Origin: Pseudomonadota bacterium
GTDB lineage: Bacteria > Desulfobacterota > Desulfobulbia > Desulfobulbales > DAOVYS01
DNA: 39,597 bases
Assembly: GCA_030635485.1 (NCBI GenBank)
Contig: DAOVYS010000002.1
Location: forward strand, 1-39,597
Direction of reading: 5' to 3'
Below, piece after piece: positions 8,495-18,630 of the stretch. Below the pieces are notes generated by a model. It did not search any database. It saw only the letters and a program-made list of their open reading frames with translations, and was not told the DNA's origin. Position 1 is the stretch's first letter. Every line of letters starts with the position of its first letter. The position numbers were made by a program, and so were the translations under genes.

Positions 8495-8722
8495 CTATTT
8501 CTTGTTTTTGGAACGAAATGTGATCCGGCCCCTGGTCAAATCATAGGGAGACAATTCCAAAGTCACCCTGTCCCCAGGCAAAATTTTAATGAAATGCATC
8601 CTCATCTTCCCTGATATATGGGCAAGTACCCTGTGACCGTTTGCAAGCTCAACCCTGAACATTGCATTAGGCAAAGGTTCAACAATCGTGCCCTCAACCT
8701 GAATGGCTTCTTCTTTTGCCAT
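8495..8722 (-). CDS. infA: Translation initiation factor IF-1
   Basis: [41 protein letters not shown]... is a canonical IF-1. Confidence 0.95.
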   Translation of the reverse strand: MAKEEAIQVEGTIVEPLPNAMFRVELANGHRVLAHISGKMRMHFIKILPGDRVTLELSPYDLTRGRITFRSKNKK

Positions 8723-8908
8723 ATAACTCCAATAATCAGTTTATTTAAGGTTATTGAAAGATCTCGTATAAACCGAACAAATCAAAATACGATTTCCATA
8801 AAGCCGGACATATTAATCCTTTTTGATGTTTTTTGCAGGGTATTTTTTATATTTTCGCAAAAAAATCAAAATAGTTCATTAGGGTATGAGCATGAAACTC
8901 CTCGGGAT

Positions 8909-9050
8909 GTATGAGTTCACCAGTGGTGCAGGCTTATGTGCGCCCGAAGGAAGTGCCCTTGGGGTGCGTGATCGTGGCGGGCGGCTATAACCTATAACTA
9001 TGCCGGTCGCCGCGAGAGCGCGTGCAGCTGCGCCGCTGGGAAACTCATAC
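8909..9050. repeat. Family A structured repeat (A2) in the map-infA spacer
   Basis: The terminal inverted repeat is gtatgagttcaccagtggtgcag (8909-8931) / ctgcgccgctgggaaactcatac (9028-9050). It carries ggaagtgcccttgggg (8949-8964), the GTGATCGTGG...CTATAA core (8968-8991) and the CGTGCAGCTGCGCCGCTG box (9021-9038), in the same order as A1. Confidence 0.6.
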
Positions 9051-9056
9051 AAAAAA

Positions 9057-9827
9057 TCAATTCGGGTTGGAAGTCCTGCTCAAAATTTCCGCTTCGCCCT
9101 CGGTAATCAGTATGGAGTGTTCAAAGTGTGCGGAAGCTGTCCTGTCAGCCGTTACAACGGTCCACTTATCTTTCAGAACACGTACATCACTGGTGCCGAT
9201 ATTAACCATCGGCTCAATCGCCAGCACCATTCCGGCAAGCAGCCTGGGTGTCCGTTTTTTTCTGGAGTAATTTGGAATCTCCGGCGGCTCGTGCAACGCG
9301 GCCCCTATTCCATGGCCTACGTAATCACGGACAATTGAAAATCCATTTTTCTCAACATGAATCTGTACCGCCCGCGAAATATCGTTAATCCGATTTCCTG
9401 CTTTTGCCTGTTTGATCCCCTTATAAAGGGCCTCTCTAGTAACCTTCACCAGATCGCCCTTTCTGGAATTAATTTCGCCGACAGGAACGGTGACGGCAGC
9501 ATCACCAAAAAAACCTTTGTACTTCACGCCAAAATCAATGCTTACAATATCCCCTTCTTTTAATACAACCTTTTTGGAAGGAATCCCGTGAACCACCTGC
9601 TCATTTAACGAGACACAGAGACTCCCGGGAAATCCTCGGTACCCCTTAAAGGCCGGGACACTACCCCTTGCTCTTGAGAATTCTTCCGCCCACCGGTCCA
9701 GTTGCCAGGTAGTGACTCCGGGCCTGACCTTCTTTCCAATCATACTCAGCGTGTCACCGACTATCTGATTGGCCTGACGCATGATCTCAATCTCGGCAGC
9801 AGACTTAAGAGTAATAGAATTGCCCAT
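9057..9827 (-). CDS. map: Type I methionine aminopeptidase
   Basis: The 256-aa ORF has MetAP motifs (…DIVSIDFGVKYKGFFGDAA…, …VGHGIG…, …LAIEPM…, …HFEHSI…). It follows secY directly, with no adk between them. Confidence 0.93.
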   Translation of the reverse strand: MGNSITLKSAAEIEIMRQANQIVGDTLSMIGKKVRPGVTTWQLDRWAEEFSRARGSVPAFKGYRGFPGSLCVSLNEQVVHGIPSKKVVLKEGDIVSIDFGVKYKGFFGDAAVTVPVGEINSRKGDLVKVTREALYKGIKQAKAGNRINDISRAVQIHVEKNGFSIVRDYVGHGIGAALHEPPEIPNYSRKKRTPRLLAGMVLAIEPMVNIGTSDVRVLKDKWTVVTADRTASAHFEHSILITEGEAEILSRTSNPN

Positions 9828-9843
9828 TATTACAAACCTTTGG

Positions 9844-11154
9844 TCAACGTCGTCCCTTTATCCTGCTATCCTTAAGAAACCCGTCATAGTTCCGCATCAC
9901 CATGTGGGACTCCATCTGAGCAATGGTATCTATGGCAACACCAACCACGATCAAAAGAGCTGTTCCTCCAAAATAGAAAGGAACATTAAGCTTGCTGATC
10001 AACATTGTAGGCAGTACACAGACTACACTGACGTATACCGCGCCTACAACGGTCAAACGCACCGTAACCTTGTCGATGAATTCCGAGGTCTTTTTCCCAG
10101 GCCGGATTCCAGGGATAAACCCACCGTTCTTTTTTAAATTTTCCGCAATATCATTGGGATTAAACGTCACCGCAGTATAAAAAAAACAGAAAAACACTAT
10201 CATGCCGACATAAATCGCCGTATGCAACAGACTACCCCACTGGAGCGTTGCTGCTGCACGCTGGACCCAGTCAATCTGGATCATTCCTCCGACAGTTGCC
10301 GGAAACATCATGATCGATGAAGCAAAAATCGGAGGGATTACGCCGGCCATGTTGATTTTTAACGGCAGATGCGACCTCTGACCGCCGTACATGCGCCTGC
10401 CGACCACCCGTTTTGCATATTGAATCGGTATACGGCGTTGGGCGGTTTCAAAATATATAATGATACCGATCACTCCAGCCATCATAACGAGTAAAATCGG
10501 AATAAAAATCATGGTGAGTTCGCCGGCCCTGACCAGGCTGATGGTATTTCCGATTGCAGCGGGCATCCTTGCGACAATGCCTGCAAATATAATCATGGAT
10601 ATACCGTTTCCGATTCCCCTTTCAGTCATCTGCTCGCCCAGCCACATGATGAACGCTGTGCCGGTTGTCAGGGTAAGTATGGTCATCAACCGGAAACTCC
10701 AGCCCGGATCAATCACGATCATCTCGCTGCCGACCGGGGCAGCCATTCCTTCAAGACCTACGCTTATCATGAACCCCTGGATTATGCTCAGGCCCACAGT
10801 GGCGTAACGGGTATACTGTGTTATCTTTCTTCGCCCCTGCTCTCCTTCTTTTTTGAGAGCCTCAAGGTGCGGGACAACTACCGTCAGGAGTTGGAAGATG
10901 ATGGAAGCGCTGATGTAGGGCATAATGCCCAACGAAAAAATCGAGAACTTTTCAAGCGCCCCGCCGGAAAACATGTTGAACATGCCAAAAAGTGTATTTG
11001 CATTTTTTGCAAAAAAATCCGCCAGGGCATCGGTATTGATCCCGGGTGTCGGAATCTGGACACCGATCCTGTATACAGCCAGCATCAACAGAGTAAAAAT
11101 AACTCTGCGTCTTAATTCAGGAACATTAGCAGCGTTCTGAAATCCGCCTCGCAT
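9844..11154 (-). CDS. secY: Preprotein translocase subunit SecY
   Basis: The 436-aa polytopic membrane protein (…LGIMPYISASIIFQLL…) occupies the canonical position after rplO. Confidence 0.95.
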   Translation of the reverse strand: MRGGFQNAANVPELRRRVIFTLLMLAVYRIGVQIPTPGINTDALADFFAKNANTLFGMFNMFSGGALEKFSIFSLGIMPYISASIIFQLLTVVVPHLEALKKEGEQGRRKITQYTRYATVGLSIIQGFMISVGLEGMAAPVGSEMIVIDPGWSFRLMTILTLTTGTAFIMWLGEQMTERGIGNGISMIIFAGIVARMPAAIGNTISLVRAGELTMIFIPILLVMMAGVIGIIIYFETAQRRIPIQYAKRVVGRRMYGGQRSHLPLKINMAGVIPPIFASSIMMFPATVGGMIQIDWVQRAAATLQWGSLLHTAIYVGMIVFFCFFYTAVTFNPNDIAENLKKNGGFIPGIRPGKKTSEFIDKVTVRLTVVGAVYVSVVCVLPTMLISKLNVPFYFGGTALLIVVGVAIDTIAQMESHMVMRNYDGFLKDSRIKGRR

Positions 11155-11157
11155 TAA

Positions 11158-11598
11158 CTATTCCTCAACAGTCCCGCCGGCAGCCTCAATCTTTTGCCGG
11201 GCAGAACCACTCACTTTGTTGACTGCTACCGTCAAAGCCTTTGTGATTTCACCGTTGCCGAGTATTTTCACAAAATCATACTTCCCGGCAACCATACCGG
11301 CCTTTACAAGGGCGTCCCGGTCAACCTTGGCGCCTGCCTCAAACCTGTCCAGGTCCTTAACATTCACAATGCCGTACATTTTTTTGAAAATATTTGTAAA
11401 ACCCCGTTTCGGAAGCCGTCTCTGCAGCGGCATCTGGCCACCCTCAAAACCCGGCCTTACTCCACCGCCCGACCTTGAATTGTAACCATTATGTCCCCGG
11501 GTAGATGTCTTTCCACGACCGGAACCAGGGCCCCGACCCACCCTCTTTCTAGGTTTCCTTGACCCGGGATGCGGTGATAAATTGCTCAATGTCAACAT
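11158..11598 (-). CDS. rplO: 50S ribosomal protein L15 (uL15)
   Basis: MLTLSNLSPHPGSRKPRKRVGRGPGSGRGKTSTRGHNG... is a canonical L15. Confidence 0.95.
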   Translation of the reverse strand: MLTLSNLSPHPGSRKPRKRVGRGPGSGRGKTSTRGHNGYNSRSGGGVRPGFEGGQMPLQRRLPKRGFTNIFKKMYGIVNVKDLDRFEAGAKVDRDALVKAGMVAGKYDFVKILGNGEITKALTVAVNKVSGSARQKIEAAGGTVEE

Positions 11599-11603
11599 GG
11601 CTG

Positions 11604-11783
11604 TTACTCCTCAACCTTCACCAGGTGCTGAACTTTATTAATCATCCCCCTGATTTCCGGGGTGTCCTTCCTGATAATGGTCTTGTTGGTCCTTGTAAGG
11701 CCCAGACCGGTCAGGGTTGCCCTGATCCGCTTAGTGCTGCCGATCTTGCTTTTAACTAGGGTAACCTTAAGCTTCTTTTCCAT
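11604..11783 (-). CDS. rpmD: 50S ribosomal protein L30 (uL30)
   Basis: Hand translation (59 aa, below the ORF-track cutoff): [59 protein letters not shown]. It lies between rpsE and rplO. Confidence 0.9.
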   Translation of the reverse strand: MEKKLKVTLVKSKIGSTKRIRATLTGLGLTRTNKTIIRKDTPEIRGMINKVQHLVKVEE

Positions 11784-11905
11784 AACTTACCTGCAACAGG
11801 CCCCTTCATTCCATCACGAACCGAAAGACCGGGACTCTTGGCAAAGATTTGATATTATTATAATTTACACCACTTACAACATTGTAAAGGCAGTTATCTG
11901 GTATA

Positions 11906-12412
11906 CTACGTCACTATTTCCTCAAGAGATTTACCCCTCAAAGCCGCCACCTGATCCGCAGTACGAAGATTTCTGAGACCGCTCAGGGTCGCCTTCACCA
12001 AATTATGTGGATTGTGGGAGCCAAGGCATTTGGTCAGAATATTCTGAACCCCTACAGCCTCAAGAACGGCCCTAACAGCGCCTCCGGCGATCACGCCCGT
12101 ACCGGCTGAAGCAGGCTTCAGCATCACAAGCCCTGCGCCGTATTTCCCCTTGATTTCGTGAGGAATGCTGGTCTCTGTAATAGAGACGGACTGCATGTCT
12201 TTCCGGGCCTTTTCAATGCCCTTCCGGATAGCCTCGGGAACCTGATTGGCTTTTCCAAGACCATAACCGACCTTGCCATTGCCGTCACCTACCACGGCAA
12301 TAGCACTGAAGCTAAAGCGGCGGCCGCCCTTCACAACCTTTGCAACTCTGTTGATAAAGACAATTTTCTCTATCAGCTGTTCATCAGACTTGCCACTTTT
12401 AAAATCAGACAA
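11906..12412 (-). CDS. rpsE: 30S ribosomal protein S5 (uS5)
   Basis: The ORF track gives 11906..12424 with a TTG start and no SD. I prefer the in-frame TTG at 12412, 5 nt after GGAGG, giving (M)[34 protein letters not shown]... The start choice is uncertain by 4 codons. Confidence 0.9.
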   Translation of the reverse strand: MSDFKSGKSDEQLIEKIVFINRVAKVVKGGRRFSFSAIAVVGDGNGKVGYGLGKANQVPEAIRKGIEKARKDMQSVSITETSIPHEIKGKYGAGLVMLKPASAGTGVIAGGAVRAVLEAVGVQNILTKCLGSHNPHNLVKATLSGLRNLRTADQVAALRGKSLEEIVT

Positions 12413-12554
12413 TGTTGCCTCCAAAATTTTGTATTATTTTGTAAACCACTTATAACGACTTTTGTAAGCATCAGCTACCGACCTAACCAGACTTTGGTCG
12501 TCTCATTCCACCAGTCTACGAAAAAAAATAACGTTTAAGCGGAAAAAAAGCGGC

Positions 12555-12920
12555 TCAAAAAACTAGCCCGCCTTCGCGCGCCCCGTCTGAAAAAGCCTTG
12601 ATGCGACCGTGATAGAGATAACCACCCCGGTCGAAAATCACCTCTGTAACACCCTTAGTCTTAGCAAGCTCTGCCAAAAACATACCGACTTTATGGGCCT
12701 TGGCGGTCTTTCCTTTGATATCGGAATCTTTCATCACACTGTTCATGGTTGACATTGCTGCCAAAGTATTACCTGCCACATCATCAATGATCTGCCCGTA
12801 GATATGCCTGGAACTCTTAAATACACGAAGTCTCGGTCTTTCCGGTGTTCCTGAGATCTTCTTTCTGATCCGCTTGACACGTTTTAAACGAGCGATTGTT
12901 TTCGGGTTTGTCTTAGCCAT
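12555..12920 (-). CDS. rplR: 50S ribosomal protein L18 (uL18)
   Basis: [43 protein letters not shown]... is a canonical L18. Confidence 0.95.
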   Translation of the reverse strand: MAKTNPKTIARLKRVKRIRKKISGTPERPRLRVFKSSRHIYGQIIDDVAGNTLAAMSTMNSVMKDSDIKGKTAKAHKVGMFLAELAKTKGVTEVIFDRGGYLYHGRIKAFSDGAREGGLVF

Positions 12921-12993
12921 TCTCGTTGCCTAATGTATGTTTGTGTTTCACCAAAAGCCGTTTCTTTTAAACCGGCATCAGGCTCTATACGAC

Positions 12994-13536
12994 TTATAGC
13001 GCCTTGCCTGCCGCCTTGCCGACCTTTCTCACGATATGCTCGTTCTCATACCGAATCCCCTTGCCTTTATACGGCTCAGGCTTTCTAACGGCACGAATCC
13101 GAGCCGCAGTAAGACCAAGAAGCTCTTTATCAATGGATTCAAGCTTTATGCCGGATTTATCGGCATCAGCCTTGACCTTATCAGGAAGATTAAACTTTAC
13201 CGGGTTCGAGTATCCCACGTTTAAGGTTAGGATACTGCCGGACACCTCGGCCTTGTAACCAACGCCTTCTATTATCAGCTTCTTTTCAAACCCCTTGTCA
13301 ACACCCTGAATCATGTTGTTGACAAGAGACCGGGTGAGGCCACTAAATGCGTCTGTCCTTTTTGAATTATCTCGGCATTTGACCAGGAGAATCCCATCTG
13401 ATTCTACCAGTTCAACCTCCGGCCTGATGTCTCTCTCCAGGGTGCCTTTCGGACCCTTTATCTTTACGTGTACTCCGTTGATGTCTACCGTAACGCCTTT
13501 TGGAATCATCAAAGGGCTTTTCCCGATCCTGGACAT
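12994..13536 (-). CDS. rplF: 50S ribosomal protein L6 (uL6)
   Basis: The ORF track gives 12994..13566. I start at ATG 13536 (MSRIGKSPLMIPKGVTVDINGVHVKIKGPKG...), which is preceded by a GGAG SD. Confidence 0.93.
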   Translation of the reverse strand: MSRIGKSPLMIPKGVTVDINGVHVKIKGPKGTLERDIRPEVELVESDGILLVKCRDNSKRTDAFSGLTRSLVNNMIQGVDKGFEKKLIIEGVGYKAEVSGSILTLNVGYSNPVKFNLPDKVKADADKSGIKLESIDKELLGLTAARIRAVRKPEPYKGKGIRYENEHIVRKVGKAAGKAL

Positions 13537-13650
13537 AACTTTCTCCACTAAATGTATAAAACACACGAAAAATCCCGAGAGACAAAACCTGCGCCGGACA
13601 GTTTCCGTTTTTTGCTGAAAAAATGATTAAAAGAGGAAATCAAACCTCTG

Positions 13651-14049
13651 TTACCAGATCTCACAGAGCAGCTCACCGCCAATCCCCATAGACTGTGCCT
13701 GCTTACCTGTAATGATGCCTTTTGAACTAGAAATAATTCCAATACCGAGCCCGCTCATCACCTTGGGTATCTTGTCATACTTCACATAGACGCGCCTTCC
13801 AGGCTTACTGACCCTTCGAAGGCCGGTGATCGCCTTCCTGTTGTGTTGATCATATTTCAGATCGATCTTTAAAACACCCTGCACTTTAGAACTCTTTACC
13901 TGGAAATCAGTGATATAGCCTTCATCCTTCAGAATCCGGGCCACTCCAACCTTCATCTTGGATGTAGGCATTTCCAAACTCACAAACTTTGCCATACCGG
14001 CATTTCTTATCCTGGTCAGCATGTCTGCCATCGGATCACTCATTGACAT
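13651..14049 (-). CDS. rpsH: 30S ribosomal protein S8 (uS8)
   Basis: MSMSDPMADMLTRIRNAGMAKF... is a canonical S8 N-terminus. Confidence 0.95.
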   Translation of the reverse strand: MSMSDPMADMLTRIRNAGMAKFVSLEMPTSKMKVGVARILKDEGYITDFQVKSSKVQGVLKIDLKYDQHNRKAITGLRRVSKPGRRVYVKYDKIPKVMSGLGIGIISSSKGIITGKQAQSMGIGGELLCEIW

Positions 14050-14188
14050 GGAGCCAACTCCTCAATATTCAAATTTGTAATTGTTCCGTAACTATTCAGC
14101 GTAATGCCGGCATCCTACGCCGGGGGCTGAAACTCCAGACCCCGTCAACCGGTTTTTCCCGACCAAACGTATAACAGACCTTAAAAGA

Positions 14189-14374
14189 CTACCAGCTCGA
14201 CTTGGTCACGCCGGTAACTTCGCCGCGTAATGCCATGTCCCTGAAACAGATTCGGCAAATGCCGAATTTCCTTATAAAGGCTCGCGGCCTGCCGCAAAGC
14301 GGACATCTATTGTAGGCCCGAACAGCAAATTTAGGCTTACGATTACTCTTTGCTATCAGTGATTTCTTAGCCAA
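14189..14374 (-). CDS. rpsN: 30S ribosomal protein S14 type Z (uS14, zinc-binding short form)
   Basis: The 61-aa protein is [45 protein letters not shown]..., with a CxxC...CxxC motif. Confidence 0.95.
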   Translation of the reverse strand: MAKKSLIAKSNRKPKFAVRAYNRCPLCGRPRAFIRKFGICRICFRDMALRGEVTGVTKSSW

Positions 14375-14397
14375 CCTCTTTCCCCCTCTTATTTCTT

Positions 14398-14548
14398 GTA
14401 ACCGTTCACCAAGGGTACGAACTTACGGGAACCTCGGTGTGTAAGCGTTTACCTGTGCGCCAGATGTACATGATCAGGGCGAGTGACTATAGCCCCTCTA
14501 TGTTGCTTACCCTAAGCACGTGCAGATGGGGTGCTGGTAGACGCTTAC
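14398..14548. repeat. Composite repeat: 56-nt module B1 (14398-14453) fused to family A copy A3 (14441-14548), filling the rplE-rpsN spacer
   Basis: The 13-mer motif occurs three times: gtaaccgttcacc (14398), gtaagcgtttacc (14441) and, inverted, ggtagacgcttac (14536-14548). The ATGATCAGGG...CTATAG core is at 14470-14492 and the CGTGCAGATGGGGTGCTG box at 14519-14536. The right terminus shares its last nucleotide with the rplE TAG stop codon (14548-14550). Confidence 0.65.
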
Positions 14549-15087
14549 TATTTCTTGAAAGGCATTCCAAGCATGCTCAACAGTGTACGACCTGCTTGAT
14601 CATGCCGGGCAGATGTTGCAATGACTATGTTGAGCCCTTTGATCTTGTCGATTTTATCGTAATCTATTTCCGGAAAGATAATATGTTCCTTGATGCCAAG
14701 GGCGTAATTACCGCGACCGTCAAAACTCTTTGGGGAAACTCCCCTGAAATCACGTACCCGGGGTAAAGCGATGTGGACAAGCTTACTGAAAAAATCATAC
14801 ATACGGGCACCACGCAGAGTAACACTGCAACCGATCGGCATGCCCTGTCGAAGCTTGAAACTGGCTATTGATTTCTTTGCCCTTCTAATAACCGCTTTCT
14901 GACCCGCTATTTGCGTAAGTTCACCGGATGCGCTATCAATGATCTTCGGATTCTGCACAGCCTCGCCCAGCCCCATATTCAAGACTATCTTGGTCAGCTT
15001 CGGCACCTGCATAATGTTCTTATAATCCAACTCATTCATAAGTTGGGGAACACATTCTTTCTGGTAAAATTCCTTTAACCCAGCCAT
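14548..15087 (-). CDS. rplE: 50S ribosomal protein L5 (uL5)
   Basis: [43 protein letters not shown]... is a canonical L5. Confidence 0.95.
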   Translation of the reverse strand: MAGLKEFYQKECVPQLMNELDYKNIMQVPKLTKIVLNMGLGEAVQNPKIIDSASGELTQIAGQKAVIRRAKKSIASFKLRQGMPIGCSVTLRGARMYDFFSKLVHIALPRVRDFRGVSPKSFDGRGNYALGIKEHIIFPEIDYDKIDKIKGLNIVIATSARHDQAGRTLLSMLGMPFKK

Positions 15088-15116
15088 TACTTCCTCCAGA
15101 ATACCCCGTGGTCCGA

Positions 15117-15452
15117 TTAGGCCTTGGGTTCTATTGCTTCACCACACTTTTTACAGACACGAATCTTGGAGCCGTCTTCCAGAATCTTCATACCCGCACG
15201 CACCGTTTTGGTACATTTCGGACAAATCAACATGAGGTTCGAAACATGCACCGGAGCTTCCTTTTCAATAATCCCGCCTTGCTGATTGTTCATGTCCGGT
15301 TTCTGGTGTTTCTTGATCATGTTGATTTTCTCAATCAGAGCCTTGTCTGTTTTCCTGAAAACCTTGATGATCTTGCCGACACGTCCCTTGTCCTTGCCGG
15401 CAATCACCTCAACCTGATCGTCAGTTCTTAAAATATTCACACCTTTGCGCAT
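15117..15452 (-). CDS. rplX: 50S ribosomal protein L24 (uL24) with a C-terminal CxxC-x17-CxxC motif
   Basis: [28 protein letters not shown]... is a KOW-type L24. The C-terminus carries ICPKC...VCKKCG. Confidence 0.93.
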   Translation of the reverse strand: MRKGVNILRTDDQVEVIAGKDKGRVGKIIKVFRKTDKALIEKINMIKKHQKPDMNNQQGGIIEKEAPVHVSNLMLICPKCTKTVRAGMKILEDGSKIRVCKKCGEAIEPKA

Positions 15453-15598
15453 TTATCTGCCTCTTTATATGAAAAATGGGGGAGTTCAAACAGGCCCTTT
15501 CAGGCCATGAGCATGAACTTTTAGCCGTCACGATTCCAATTTAACGGAAGAGGGTAACTTCCTTTGAATCGAGTTCCCCGTGGTCGCAACCTGTCCGT

Positions 15599-15967
15599 TC
15601 AAAGAACCTCAGGCGCCAAAGAAATAATCTTCATAAAACCCTTGGCCCTCAATTCCCTTGCAACAGGGCCGAAAATACGAGTGCCTATGGGTTCACCGCT
15701 AGTGCTCAACAAGACCGCCGAATTGTCATCAAACCTGACATAAGAGTCATCCATACGGCGAATCTCCTTAACGGTCCGGACAATTACGGCTCTCATGAGT
15801 TCGCCTTTCTTTACCTTGGAATTCGGGATAGCTTCTTTGACCGTGACTACTATTATATCGCCAACCCCGGCATAACGACGACGCGTTCCACCCAACACCC
15901 TGACGCATAGTACCTTCTTAGCACCGGAATTATCCGCAACATTCAGCATGGTTTCGGTTTGTATCAT
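15599..15967 (-). CDS. rplN: 50S ribosomal protein L14 (uL14)
   Basis: [27 protein letters not shown]... is a canonical L14. Confidence 0.96.
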   Translation of the reverse strand: MIQTETMLNVADNSGAKKVLCVRVLGGTRRRYAGVGDIIVVTVKEAIPNSKVKKGELMRAVIVRTVKEIRRMDDSYVRFDDNSAVLLSTSGEPIGTRIFGPVARELRAKGFMKIISLAPEVL

Positions 15968-16108
15968 ATCTTCACCAACTGCCAGGCAGTTATTATTTCA
16001 AGCATGCGTAACACTCCAGACCTCTAAGCATCCGCACACGGATAAACTAAAAACTCTAATAACAACCAATTAATTAAAAGGGGATGAGTCCACCTACACA
16101 AAAAAGGT

Positions 16109-16372
16109 CTACACGGCCTTTTCAACGATGTCCCTTACCCGCCAGCGTTTGCGCTTGCTCAACGGACGGCACTCTTCAATCAGCACGCTGTCGCCGATAC
16201 TGCAACGCTCGTTAGGGTCATCAACCATATACTTGACGTGACGTCTGAGATATTTCCCATAGAGTTTATGTCGAATAATACGTTCACATTGAACAACCAA
16301 GCTCTTATCCATCTTGTTGCTCAACACAACGCCAACCATTGTTTTTTTTCTAGACTTTTTATCAGTACTCAT
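16109..16372 (-). CDS. rpsQ: 30S ribosomal protein S17 (uS17)
   Basis: The ORF track gives 16109..16390 (TTG start). I prefer ATG 16372 (MSTDKKSRKKTMVGVVLSNKMDKSLVV...), which fits the usual S17 N-terminal length. The start is uncertain by 6 codons. Confidence 0.9.
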   Translation of the reverse strand: MSTDKKSRKKTMVGVVLSNKMDKSLVVQCERIIRHKLYGKYLRRHVKYMVDDPNERCSIGDSVLIEECRPLSKRKRWRVRDIVEKAV

Positions 16373-16408
16373 TTGGACACCATATTCCAACCAGCCTGCA
16401 TCTTAATT

Positions 16409-16621
16409 CTATTCTTGATCACCAGCCGCGGAAATCGCTCGCCTGTGATTGATTATAGTCTTTACTCTTGCCATATCTTTTCGGAGCTGGCCAAGTTTTG
16501 CCGTGTCATCAAGCTGGCGGATACCGTGCTGAAATTTCAGCTTGAAACGATCCTCAGCCATATCACGCTCCTTCTTTGCCAGCTCCTCATCAGAAAGATC
16601 ACGAAGTTCTTTAGCTTTCAT
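16409..16621 (-). CDS. rpmC: 50S ribosomal protein L29 (uL29)
   Basis: [31 protein letters not shown]... is a canonical L29. Its ATG overlaps the rplP stop (ATGA). Confidence 0.95.
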   Translation of the reverse strand: MKAKELRDLSDEELAKKERDMAEDRFKLKFQHGIRQLDDTAKLGQLRKDMARVKTIINHRRAISAAGDQE

Positions 16622-17034
16622 AGGGAGTCACTCCTTGTAATAACCTTTGTGGCGAACGGCAATTTATTGCCGGCCAGCGTCAGAGCCCTAATCGCAACAC
16701 TTTCTTCGACTCCCTGCAGTTCATACAGAATCCTGCCCGGTCTGACCGGAGCAACCCAATATTCCGGGCTGCCTTTACCTTTACCCATACGTGTTTCAGC
16801 AGGCTTCTTGGTAATAGGCTTATCCGGAAATACACGAATCCACATCTTTCCGCGACGTTTAATGGTCCTGTTGATCGTGATACGGGCAGCCTCAATCTGC
16901 TGGGCGGTCATCTTGCCTCGCCCGATAGCCTTTAAGGCATATTCGCCAAATGAGATCGACGAACCTCGATGGGCCGTTCCACGAAGCCGTCCCTTCATCT
17001 GTTTTCTATATTTTACCTTCTTTGGACTGAGCAT
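16618..17034 (-). CDS. rplP: 50S ribosomal protein L16 (uL16)
   Basis: [36 protein letters not shown]... is a canonical L16. Confidence 0.96.
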   Translation of the reverse strand: MLSPKKVKYRKQMKGRLRGTAHRGSSISFGEYALKAIGRGKMTAQQIEAARITINRTIKRRGKMWIRVFPDKPITKKPAETRMGKGKGSPEYWVAPVRPGRILYELQGVEESVAIRALTLAGNKLPFATKVITRSDSL

Positions 17035-17182
17035 GACTTACCTCATCTACATAAAAGATGACCGAGTACCCATCCATCCATGGTTATTTTCCGATTTCCA
17101 GATAGATACAATTATATTTAAGGTAGATGCCCGGCTTTTGCCGGACCTGTATAGATTCGGGTCTTAACTGTAAGTATCGGGA

Positions 17183-17827
17183 TTATGCAATCTGGTCCGC
17201 CCCAGAGAGCACTTCGCCCTTAAATATCCAAACCTTGACTCCGATAATGCCATAGGTAGTATTTGCCCTGGCAACACCATAATCCACATCAGCCCTGAGC
17301 GTATGCAAAGGAACTCTTCCTTCCCTGAACCATTCCCGCCGGGCCATCTCAGCCCCGCCGAGGCGACCGGAACAGGCAATCTTAATACCTTTTGCGCCGA
17401 ACTTCAAGGCAACATTTACGGATTTTTTCATAGCCCTCCGAAAGGCAATTCGCCTTTCCAGCTGAAGCGCTACATTCTCCGCAACCAACTGGGCATCGGC
17501 TTCGGGTCTCCGAACTTCCTGAATGTCAATCAAGCAATCACGGCCTGTGAGTTTGTCAAGTTCCTTCTTCAAGTTCTCAATCTCAGACCCTTTCTTGCCG
17601 ATCACTATTCCAGGGCGTGCGACGTGCATCTTAATGCGCACCTTCTCACCTGTACGGGCGATTTGCATCTTTGAAATACCCGCATGATACAATCGTTTTT
17701 TAAGGAACTTCCGGATCTTATGATCTTCAATAAGATAGCTGGAATAATCCTTATCTGCATACCAGGTCGACTCCCACGTCCTGATAATATTCAATCGTAG
17801 ACCAATAGGATTGACTTTCTGACCCAA
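17183..17827 (-). CDS. rpsC: 30S ribosomal protein S3 (uS3)
   Basis: [28 protein letters not shown]... is a canonical S3. Confidence 0.96.
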   Translation of the reverse strand: MGQKVNPIGLRLNIIRTWESTWYADKDYSSYLIEDHKIRKFLKKRLYHAGISKMQIARTGEKVRIKMHVARPGIVIGKKGSEIENLKKELDKLTGRDCLIDIQEVRRPEADAQLVAENVALQLERRIAFRRAMKKSVNVALKFGAKGIKIACSGRLGGAEMARREWFREGRVPLHTLRADVDYGVARANTTYGIIGVKVWIFKGEVLSGADQIA

Positions 17828-17924
17828 AACCTTATCTCCTTCAATAGATTAGTTTAATTGACATCCTTAATATCACACAGTACCTTCACATCGAAAGGCC
17901 CCGTCCGAATCGAACAGCAATCTT

Positions 17925-18257
17925 TTATGCTTCATCCAGTACGACTGTGATGTGACTTGTACGTTTCAATATCTTCGTGGCCCTGCCCATGGCACGCGGG
18001 CGAATCCTCTTCAGCATCGGCCCCCCGTCAACAAAAATACGCTTTACGTACAGGGTATCCACATCAATTGCATCGTTCTGAGCGGCATTGGCAATAGCCG
18101 ACTCAATCACCTTTCGAATAATTCGCGCGCCTTTTTTGGGCATAAACCGCAATGTATTTATAGCCAATTCAACTTCCCGGCCCCTCACAAGATCAGCAAC
18201 CAGCCTGGCCTTCTGCGGTGAAATTCGTATATATTTGGATACAGCCTTTGCTTCCAT
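17925..18257 (-). CDS. rplV: 50S ribosomal protein L22 (uL22)
   Basis: MEAKAVSKYIRISPQKARLVADLVRG... is a canonical L22. Confidence 0.95.
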   Translation of the reverse strand: MEAKAVSKYIRISPQKARLVADLVRGREVELAINTLRFMPKKGARIIRKVIESAIANAAQNDAIDVDTLYVKRIFVDGGPMLKRIRPRAMGRATKILKRTSHITVVLDEA

Positions 18258-18339
18258 TGGTTCTGTAACTCCTTATCTGTGCTGGGGCAAGACAGGCACC
18301 CGGCGAGCTGCTTTCCATAACAGGCGCCCTTTCCCGCTG

Positions 18340-18615
18340 TTATTTCTTGCCTCTCTTGCCGCCAGCATGACCATAAAAAGTCCTGGTCGGTGAATATTCC
18401 CCAAGTTTCTGGCCCACCATATTTTCCGTTACAAGAACCGGTATGAATTTTTTCCCGTTATGGACTGCAAAAGTCAGACCAACCATTTCCGGAATTATGT
18501 GTGAACGCCTGGACCAGGTTTTAATAACCTTTCTTGATCCCGTTTCCCTGGCATGACCAACTTTCTTAAGCAGATGATCGTCAACGAACGGACCTTTTTT
18601 TACCGAACGCGGCAC
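18340..18615 (-). CDS. rpsS: 30S ribosomal protein S19 (uS19)
   Basis: [19 protein letters not shown]...[25 protein letters not shown]... is a canonical S19. Confidence 0.96.
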   Translation of the reverse strand: MPRSVKKGPFVDDHLLKKVGHARETGSRKVIKTWSRRSHIIPEMVGLTFAVHNGKKFIPVLVTENMVGQKLGEYSPTRTFYGHAGGKRGKK

Positions 18616-18630
18616 TTTATTACCCCCTAA

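Noticed and set aside
9828-9843. Absence of adk between secY and map.
   Set aside because: The location of adk is variable among bacteria, and secY-map adjacency is common. This is not evidence of anything unusual.
15117-15452. A four-Cys (CxxC-x17-CxxC) zinc-ribbon-like motif in L24, together with Cys-containing forms of S4, S14 (type Z), L33 and L36.
   Set aside because: Cys-containing ('C+') versions of these proteins, including L24 in Thermus-like sequences as I recall, are already known. This is a lineage trait, not a novel feature.
15977-15991. A perfect 7+1+7 palindrome, AACTGCCAGGCAGTT, 9 nt upstream of the rplN start. It contains TGGCA on the minus strand, which hints at a sigma54 -24 element or an operator.
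   Set aside because: It is a single short palindrome with no matching -12 GC element at the right spacing. The 1-nt loop rules out a simple hairpin. I cannot support any function from sequence alone.
16238-17167. Long plus-strand ORFs antisense to conserved genes: 16238..17167 (309 aa), 21636..22361 (241 aa), 24992..25672 (226 aa), 18721..19383 (220 aa), 34790..35425 (211 aa), 28661..29293 (210 aa), 21274..21888 (204 aa) and 31743..32351 (202 aa), among others.
   Set aside because: All lie opposite highly conserved ribosomal, EF or RNAP genes. Their translations are low-complexity (Ser/Leu/Arg/Pro-rich) with no recognisable motifs and no SD. They are typical shadow ORFs caused by codon bias on the true coding strand.
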